64,000 nucleotides of DNA from a bacterium (GTDB taxonomy: Bacteria; Patescibacteriota; JABMPQ01; JBDRIV01). Within the stretch, counting starts at the first letter, position 1, and each line of letters begins with the position of its first letter. Shown in pieces: positions 58,542-64,000 of this stretch. The stretch is taken from assembly GCA_043815505.1 (NCBI GenBank), contig JBDRIV010000002.1, forward strand, positions 116,784-180,783. The letters run 5' to 3'. Under the pieces are notes generated by a model. It saw only the letters and a list, made by a program, of their open reading frames with translations, ran no database searches and had not been told where the DNA came from. The position numbers and the translations under genes were made by a program.

Positions 58542-58934
58542 ATGCCGAGAGAACTTAGAATCAAATGGTTATACTGGACACCGCGAATTTTAGGAATAGC
58601 CTTAACTATATTTGTTACCTTATTTGCTTTTGATGTTTTTGAAGAAGGTTCAGTTTTGGAGAAGTTTGTTGGTTTTCTAATTCATCTTTTGCCCACCTTT
58701 TTAATTTTATTGTTTTTATTTATTTCTTGGAAATGGGATAGTGTGGGTGGCACAATGTTTGTTTGTCTCGGAGTTTATTATATGGTTCTAGTTTGGGAGA
58801 GTTCACCTTACTCTTGGTTGTGGAGTTTAATTTTAGCTGGACCAGTAATGGCTATGGGAGTTCTTTTCATGCTCTCAGCAGTTTACAATAAATCTAAATT
58901 TGAACTTGATTTTCTGCGCCGTTTGAAAAGATAA
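58542..58934 (+). CDS. 4-TM membrane protein, hypothetical
   Basis: 130-aa ORF starting 3 nt after the upstream stop. Confidence 0.4.
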   Translation: MPRELRIKWLYWTPRILGIALTIFVTLFAFDVFEEGSVLEKFVGFLIHLLPTFLILLFLFISWKWDSVGGTMFVCLGVYYMVLVWESSPYSWLWSLILAGPVMAMGVLFMLSAVYNKSKFELDFLRRLKR

Positions 58935-58951
58935 TTAGTAATAAATTTAAA

Positions 58952-59770
58952 ATGAAAATAGAAAACAAAACATTTCTTATTACGGGTGGTGGCAGTGGAA
59001 TTGGCAGAGCTTTGGTTTTAGCTTTACTAAAAAAAGGAGCACAAGTTGCCGTGGTCGATATCAATGACGCCACTTTGTTGGAGACTAAAAAATTAGCTGG
59101 CGTTGACGACGAGAAAATTTCAACTCATGTTGTGGATATTACCGATAAAGAAGCGGTAACAGCCTTACCTCAAGAGGTTGTTAAGTTTCATGGCCAAATT
59201 GATGGTTTAATAAACAACGCTGGGATTATCCAGCCGTTTGTAAAAGTTAATGATCTTGAATACGAAGCGATTGACAAGGTGATGAATGTTAATTTTTACG
59301 GTACGCTTTTTATGGTCAAAGCATTTTTACCATATCTTATTAAAAGAGCGGAAGCATATATTGTTAATGTTTCCAGTATGGGTGGATTTCTGCCAGTGCC
59401 TGGACAAAGTGTTTATGGCGCTTCCAAAGCGGCGGTGAAACTTTTAACAGAAGGTTTGTATGCTGAGCTGAAAGATACTGGTGTTCATGTTAGCGTGGTT
59501 TTTCCAGGTGCTACCAACACAAATATAACTAAAAATTCTGGTGTACAAGGACCAAGTGATGCAGAAGAAAGTTCTCAAAATAATTTTTCTATGACTTCTC
59601 CGGAAAACGCGGCCGCGACGATTATTACTGGTATAGAAAAAAATAAAACACGCATTCTAATTGGTAAAGATTCTAAAATGATGAATAAATTGTATCGATT
59701 GGCACCAAATTTTGCGACTAATTTGATTGCTAAACAGATGAGTTCTTTGCTAAAAGTAGACAAAAAATAA
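58952..59770 (+). CDS. short-chain dehydrogenase/reductase (SDR)
   Basis: TGGGSGIGRA cofactor motif, NNAG, catalytic YGASK. Confidence 0.8.
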   Translation: MKIENKTFLITGGGSGIGRALVLALLKKGAQVAVVDINDATLLETKKLAGVDDEKISTHVVDITDKEAVTALPQEVVKFHGQIDGLINNAGIIQPFVKVNDLEYEAIDKVMNVNFYGTLFMVKAFLPYLIKRAEAYIVNVSSMGGFLPVPGQSVYGASKAAVKLLTEGLYAELKDTGVHVSVVFPGATNTNITKNSGVQGPSDAEESSQNNFSMTSPENAAATIITGIEKNKTRILIGKDSKMMNKLYRLAPNFATNLIAKQMSSLLKVDKK

Positions 59771-59841
59771 ATTCTTGACAAAATATTAGAAGACAGTACA
59801 ATGTTATATTGTGCTGTTTTAAATTAAAAAAGAAATCCCCC

Positions 59842-60045
59842 GTGACTTAGGTGGTTCAAAAAGGCAAGGCAGCTTTTGTAGACCAAATCAACTTAAGTTG
59901 CGGGGGAACAGGATAATGTGTCAGAGATTTGGGAAAGAAACGTCGCACGATTTCACGGTTGGAAAATTATACCTACTTGTGAGAAAGTGAGGCAATTGAT
60001 GTGAGCCACGAAGTGGTTCTGCAATAAGCGCCCAAATCTCTGGCA
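59842..60045. other. structured noncoding region with nested long-range inverted repeats (unassigned small RNA candidate)
   Basis: TCCCCCG(59842)...CGGGGGA(59905); CAGAGATTTGGG(59918) ... CCCAAATCTCTG(60031). Confidence 0.3.
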
Positions 60046-60066
60046 ACCAATTCCGAGTATTTTAGA

Positions 60067-60143
60067 GCTTGTATAGCTCAGTTTGGAAGAGCGCCTGTTT
60101 CTTATGCAGGAAGTCGTGGGTTCGAGTCCCACCTTCGGCACCA
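60067..60143 (+). tRNA. tRNA-Lys(CTT)-like gene with a non-complementary acceptor stem (possible pseudogene or att-site chimera)
   Basis: Canonical D, anticodon (CCTGT-TTCTTAT-GCAGG) and T arms (GTGGG-TTCGAGT-CCCAC) plus ACCA. But the 5' strand GCTTGTA does not pair with the 3' strand CTTCGGC: only 2 Watson-Crick pairs. Confidence 0.45.
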
Positions 60144-60339
60144 ATCTTGTCCTGAGCTTGTCGAGGGAGCACTAATCGTACATTATAAAAAAATAATCTA
60201 TTTCATAGTTTCTGTTATCGGAGTCTCATATTATCAAGGTTCTACACCTTGGCAGAGACTTGAAATAGAGTGAATCCAAAGCACGGTCAAGTATCGTGTA
60301 TAGGTTAAAATCTATTGGACTCACTAATAAGTTAAGGCT

Positions 60340-60416
60340 GGCGTGTTAGCTCAATTTGGTAGAGCAACCGACTCTTAATCGAGAGGTCGCTGGTTCGACT
60401 CCGGCACGGGGAACCA
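60340..60416 (+). tRNA. second tRNA-Lys(CTT)-like gene with mismatched acceptor and anticodon stems (possible pseudogene)
   Basis: GGCGTGT-TA-GCTC-AATTTGGTA-GAGC; anticodon loop CTCTTAA; T-arm GCTGG-TTCGACT-CCGGC; 3' ACGGGGA-A-CCA not complementary to the 5' strand. Confidence 0.4.
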
Positions 60417-60426
60417 AATCTTAGGG

Positions 60427-60499
60427 AGAACTATCGTCTAGATGGTCTAGGACTCCCGGCTTTGATCGGGGAACCCTGGTTCAAATCCAGGTAGTTCTC
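60427..60499 (+). tRNA. tRNA-Gln (anticodon TTG)
   Basis: AGAACTA/TAGTTCT acceptor, flanked by a further GGG/CCC extension; anticodon loop CTTTGAT; T-arm CCTGG-TTCAAAT-CCAGG. Confidence 0.7.
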
Positions 60500-60620
60500 C
60501 CTTCTCCCAGCGGTTTTCCGATTACCCCCCTCGGACCAACCGCTTTTTTTTATCTCAAATTTCTATATAATAAATAAACCATGTGCCATAAGCCACATGC
60601 TATAAGCCCTAAGCAAACTA

Positions 60621-61484
60621 GTGCCCGAACTTCCAGAAGTAGAAACAATTAGACGTGATCTTAACAAAAAGATTGTTGGCAAAAATATTTCTGACATAAA
60701 AGTTAGAAAGAACAAAATGGTTATTGGATCAACTAAGTCTTTTATTGCGTCATTAAAGGGAAGGAAATTTACTAAAATAGACCGTCGAGGCAAATTAATG
60801 ATTTTCAATTTAGATAAAAAGGATTTATTTTTACTGGCCCATTTAAAAATGACTGGTCAATTAATTTTTAAAAAGAAAAATCAAATAACAGCTGGTGGAC
60901 ACAGTGGTTCGGAAACAAATTTAGAATTACCCAATAAGTTTTCTCATATAATTATTACCTTTTCAGACAAGTCACAACTCTTTTTCAATGACATGAGGCA
61001 ATTTGGTTACATGAAACTGGTTAATGAAAAAGACAAGGATTTGGCTCTAACAAAATTTGGTTTAGAGCCTCTAACAAAGAATTTCCAATTCAAAGATTTC
61101 GGCAAAGTATTTAAAAACAAAAAATCTTCCTTAAAGGCCGTACTACTTAACCAAAAATTAATTGCGGGATTGGGAAACATATATGTTGATGAAATCTGTT
61201 TTCGAGCTAAAGTTTTGCCAACCAAAAAAGTCTATAGAATATCACAAAAAAAAATTACAGAACTTTTTAAAGCTACCAACTATATTATAAAAAAAGCCAT
61301 TCAAAAACGCGGAACAACTTTTAATGATTATGTTGATGCTGATGGAAAAACTGGAAATTTCATTAAGTATTTAAAGGTTTATCAACGCGCTGGTGAAACT
61401 TGCCTACGCTGCAAAAAAGTAAAAATAAAAAAAGTAAAATCTGCCGGCAGGGGAACTCACCTCTGTCCTTATTGCCAGAAATAA
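60621..61484 (+). CDS. mutM: formamidopyrimidine-DNA glycosylase
   Basis: N-terminal MPELPEVE (catalytic Pro2, Glu3), H2TH domain, C-terminal C4 zinc finger (CLRC...CPYC). Confidence 0.85.
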   Translation: MPELPEVETIRRDLNKKIVGKNISDIKVRKNKMVIGSTKSFIASLKGRKFTKIDRRGKLMIFNLDKKDLFLLAHLKMTGQLIFKKKNQITAGGHSGSETNLELPNKFSHIIITFSDKSQLFFNDMRQFGYMKLVNEKDKDLALTKFGLEPLTKNFQFKDFGKVFKNKKSSLKAVLLNQKLIAGLGNIYVDEICFRAKVLPTKKVYRISQKKITELFKATNYIIKKAIQKRGTTFNDYVDADGKTGNFIKYLKVYQRAGETCLRCKKVKIKKVKSAGRGTHLCPYCQK

Positions 61485-61607
61485 CATTCTGATATTCTCA
61501 AGAATGTTGGAATAAAAAAGAGCGGACAGAAAACTTTATTGTGCACTAGCACAGAACGCTTTATGCAAACGTTAAAAGAATTTTCTATCCGCTTATTTTA
61601 CTAAAGA

Positions 61608-61802
61608 TCAAGGTGGGGCACTGACAGGTGTGCCGTCTTGGTTGCGCCCCGTATCTATAAACAATTCTGATAGTTTACGAGATTTTCCTAAGTGAGTTAT
61701 TGTTGTTTCTCCTTCTTTAGAAACTTCAATAACTAAAGGTCCTCTTTTTCCAACATCAAGAAATGTTACAATTCCATGTTGTAAACAATAAGTTTCTACC
61801 AT
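61608..61802 (-). CDS. small hypothetical protein (64 aa)
   Basis: ORF only; no clear RBS. Confidence 0.25.
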   Translation of the reverse strand: MVETYCLQHGIVTFLDVGKRGPLVIEVSKEGETTITHLGKSRKLSELFIDTGRNQDGTPVSAPP

Positions 61803-62207
61803 TTTTTCTTCCTTGGGTTTGTAGATCAGAACTTGGATAATGAAACGGGGAGTATCTATAGCCCATGTTTACATGAGCTATTTAATTTCTGTAGCTTTTC
61901 TTACATTGGCTACCCTCCTTGTTAAAAGATCAATTTAAATCAATAAAAAACTGCCAACAGCGGCAGCTTCCAGGTTATTTATACAAATATTAACCTAGCC
62001 ACCGGTAGGTGAGACCAATTAGGATAATAATTTGTATAAGTTGATTTAGCATTATGATAATTATAGAGCATCAAAATATTTTCGTCAATAAAATTGTGGA
62101 TAAAAATATTTTGAGTTATTTGTTGGCTTAAAATAGGCAATTTGACAGCCTTGAAAAATAAGAGTAATATTAATAGTAATCATTACTAATCTTTAATCAT
62201 ACAAAAA

Positions 62208-62591
62208 ATGGCCATTGTCCACAGAAACACATCTCAAAGAACAATAATTTTAGATTATTTGAAAAGTATAAAAGAAACCGACAAACATCCAACCGCTGAC
62301 GATGTTTACAAAAAGGTAAGAACTAAGCTTCCTCGCATTTCGTTGGGTACAGTTTATAGAAATCTGAATTTTATGAAAGAGCGCGGGGAAATTCAAGAAA
62401 TTTCCGGACCCATGGCCAGATATGAAGTTATTCATGGTCCCCATGCTCACTTTGTTTGTGAAAATTGTAATAAAATTGTTGATTTAGAAAATGAATACGT
62501 TAACAAACTTTCTTGTCTTAAAACTAAAGTTGGAAAAGTAAAATCCTGCAGTATTTATTTATATGGAATCTGCAATAATTGTAAAAAGTAA
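62208..62591 (+). CDS. Fur-family transcriptional regulator (PerR/Fur-like)
   Basis: Winged helix (HPTADDVY...ISLGTVYRNL) followed by HAHFVCENC and CNNC metal sites. Confidence 0.75.
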   Translation: MAIVHRNTSQRTIILDYLKSIKETDKHPTADDVYKKVRTKLPRISLGTVYRNLNFMKERGEIQEISGPMARYEVIHGPHAHFVCENCNKIVDLENEYVNKLSCLKTKVGKVKSCSIYLYGICNNCKK

Positions 62592-62599
62592 TTAAAATT

Positions 62600-63178
62600 A
62601 TGCACAAATTACCAGAATTAAATTATGCGTATGATGCGCTAGAACCTTACATTGATGAGGCGACGATGAAAATACATCATACCAAACATCATCAAGCTTA
62701 TCTTGATAAATTCAACATCTTGTTAGAAAAATATCCAAATCTTCAAGATTTAGAAGCAAAAGAGTTTTATGCCAAACTCAAAGATGCTGAAATGGATGAG
62801 AAAGATAAGCAAGGCTTAATAAATCAAGGTGGCGGTTTCTATAATCACTCATTATTTTGGGAGATTATGGGACCAGAAAAAGCGGTAGATGAAAAGCTAA
62901 CAGAAGAAATCAAACGTGATTTCGGCTCTGTAGAAAAATTTCAAGAGGAATTTACGAATGCTACCGCAACTCACTTTGGTTCCGGTTGGGCTTGGCTTGT
63001 TCGTGACGAGGAAGGAAAACTTCATATCTATTCTTTATCCAATCAGGATTCACCATGGAAAAAAGGTCACGAGCCTATAATTGCTCTTGATGTTTGGGAG
63101 CACGCTTACTACTTGAAATACAAGAATGTTCGACCAGATTACATTGCCAATTGGTGGAAAGTCTTAAAACTAATCTAG
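62600..63178 (+). CDS. sodA: Fe/Mn superoxide dismutase
   Basis: HHTKHHQAY and DVWEHAYYL metal-ligand motifs. Confidence 0.85.
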   Translation: MHKLPELNYAYDALEPYIDEATMKIHHTKHHQAYLDKFNILLEKYPNLQDLEAKEFYAKLKDAEMDEKDKQGLINQGGGFYNHSLFWEIMGPEKAVDEKLTEEIKRDFGSVEKFQEEFTNATATHFGSGWAWLVRDEEGKLHIYSLSNQDSPWKKGHEPIIALDVWEHAYYLKYKNVRPDYIANWWKVLKLI

Positions 63179-63197
63179 AGTAAAACCCATAATTTTG

Positions 63198-63230
63198 AAA
63201 AGTTGCCTCATATTAGGGGCAACTTTTTTA
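63198..63230 (+). terminator. Rho-independent terminator after sodA
   Basis: AAAGTTGCC-(10 nt)-GGCAACTTT followed by a T-run. Confidence 0.7.
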
Positions 63231-63277
63231 CAAAAAAGCAGCGTGCTAGAAGCAGCTGCTGATGATAAAAAGAATTC

Positions 63278-63541
63278 CTAGATTCTGCTCCATGAAGGCT
63301 TGTATGCAGAAAATGGACCCAACAAACATTCTTCGTTACATGGACCATAGCTTGATTGTTCGGTCTCAGTTATAAGAAGTAGAATAGCCGTGTTTGCATT
63401 ATTTGGATCTTTTACCTCTATAACTTCGTGACCAATAGCTTGTGGATGGCGAGATAGTTCCTTATCTTTATCAAATGGAGAATAAAGCAATATTTTACCA
63501 TGTTCAATTGTTATACTACCTACTTTGTCAGGAATTCCCAA
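63278..63541 (-). CDS. small hypothetical protein, possible cupin/metal-binding fold
   Basis: 87-aa ORF with His-rich motifs (H..AIGHEVIEV). Sits next to the sod/fur pair. Confidence 0.3.
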   Translation of the reverse strand: MGIPDKVGSITIEHGKILLYSPFDKDKELSRHPQAIGHEVIEVKDPNNANTAILLLITETEQSSYGPCNEECLLGPFSAYKPSWSRI

Positions 63542-63715
63542 TTGAGTTTTCTAAGTGTATAATAAACAACAGTTTTTCCAGGCAGTCTTTCAGTACTTGT
63601 AATAGGCATAACTAACCTCCTTATGCTAAAAAGTACATATTCTTCTAAGTATAGATTCATACTATAGTTTTTTATCGTTAATGTAAAGAGTTGTCCACAC
63701 ATATAACTAGTAAAA

Positions 63716-63824
63716 CCCTTGCCCCGCCCAAGTTACTTTAATTGATATAATCGCTTGTTTAAGCATAAATAGTTCTTCTATGGTTTTAATCTATCAATAA
63801 AATTAAACTGGAGCGGGGCTTGCC
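63716..63824. repeat. inverted-repeat element, copy C (opposite orientation to copy A)
   Basis: CTTGCCCCGCCCAAGTT ... 70 nt AT-rich ... AAACTGGAGCGGGGCTTGCC. Confidence 0.8.
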
Positions 63825-64000
63825 ATAGTTGTTTTTTATTGTTAGACTTAAAAAAATTTATTATAAATTTTTTTGCCTGCCTGTTGGCAGACAGGCCTAA
63901 TTTCGGGGGTTACAACCGAAAACGGCTCTTTTAAAAAAGAAATTATGCGCATGAGAGGATGCGCTTTAATTTTGCCTAAATATCAAGCGGAAAAGGAGAA

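Noticed and set aside
59953-60144. 63-aa ORF MVPKVGLEPTT...
   Set aside because: It is the reverse-strand translation of the tRNA-Lys-like gene; VGLEPT is the usual tRNA T-arm artefact.

Overview
This 64-kb window is a low-GC (about 35-37% by eye) bacterial chromosomal fragment. It has compact, mostly housekeeping operons, a 2319-aa surface protein, a class II (B12-dependent) ribonucleotide reductase operon and about ten tRNA or tRNA-like loci. The gene content and style resemble a small-genome Patescibacteria/CPR-like or Firmicutes-like organism (inference only). I call about 55 protein-coding genes. Several accessory or atypical regions stand out. (1) The normally adjacent rpsO and pnp genes are split by a 5.3-kb block of five uncharacterised genes: an NYN nuclease, two Cys-motif membrane proteins, a membrane protein with an acidic tail, and a secreted beta-rich protein. 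(2) A perfect 16-bp palindrome, TGTTTCACGTGAAACA, occurs seven times inside an intact O-antigen-ligase-like gene, in two reading frames, with a degenerate copy inside a polyprenyl synthase gene. (3) A family of about 110-bp inverted-repeat elements (GGCAAGCCCCGCYCCAGTTTT ... AAAACTGGRGCGGGGC) has three full copies and one hairpin-only copy, all intergenic. (4) A tRNA hotspot at 46.4-57.1 kb carries a Xer-like recombinase, an HNH endonuclease, higher-GC foreign-looking genes, 70-bp tandem repeats, a 22-bp perfect palindrome, and a tRNA-Ser embedded in an IR/DR-bounded cassette with duplicated tRNA 3'-end fragments. (5) Two tRNA-Lys(CTT)-like genes have non-complementary acceptor stems. (6) Two structured noncoding regions are unassigned (34.55-34.9 kb and 59.84-60.06 kb). 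All coordinates for RNA and repeat features are read by eye and may be off by a few nucleotides.
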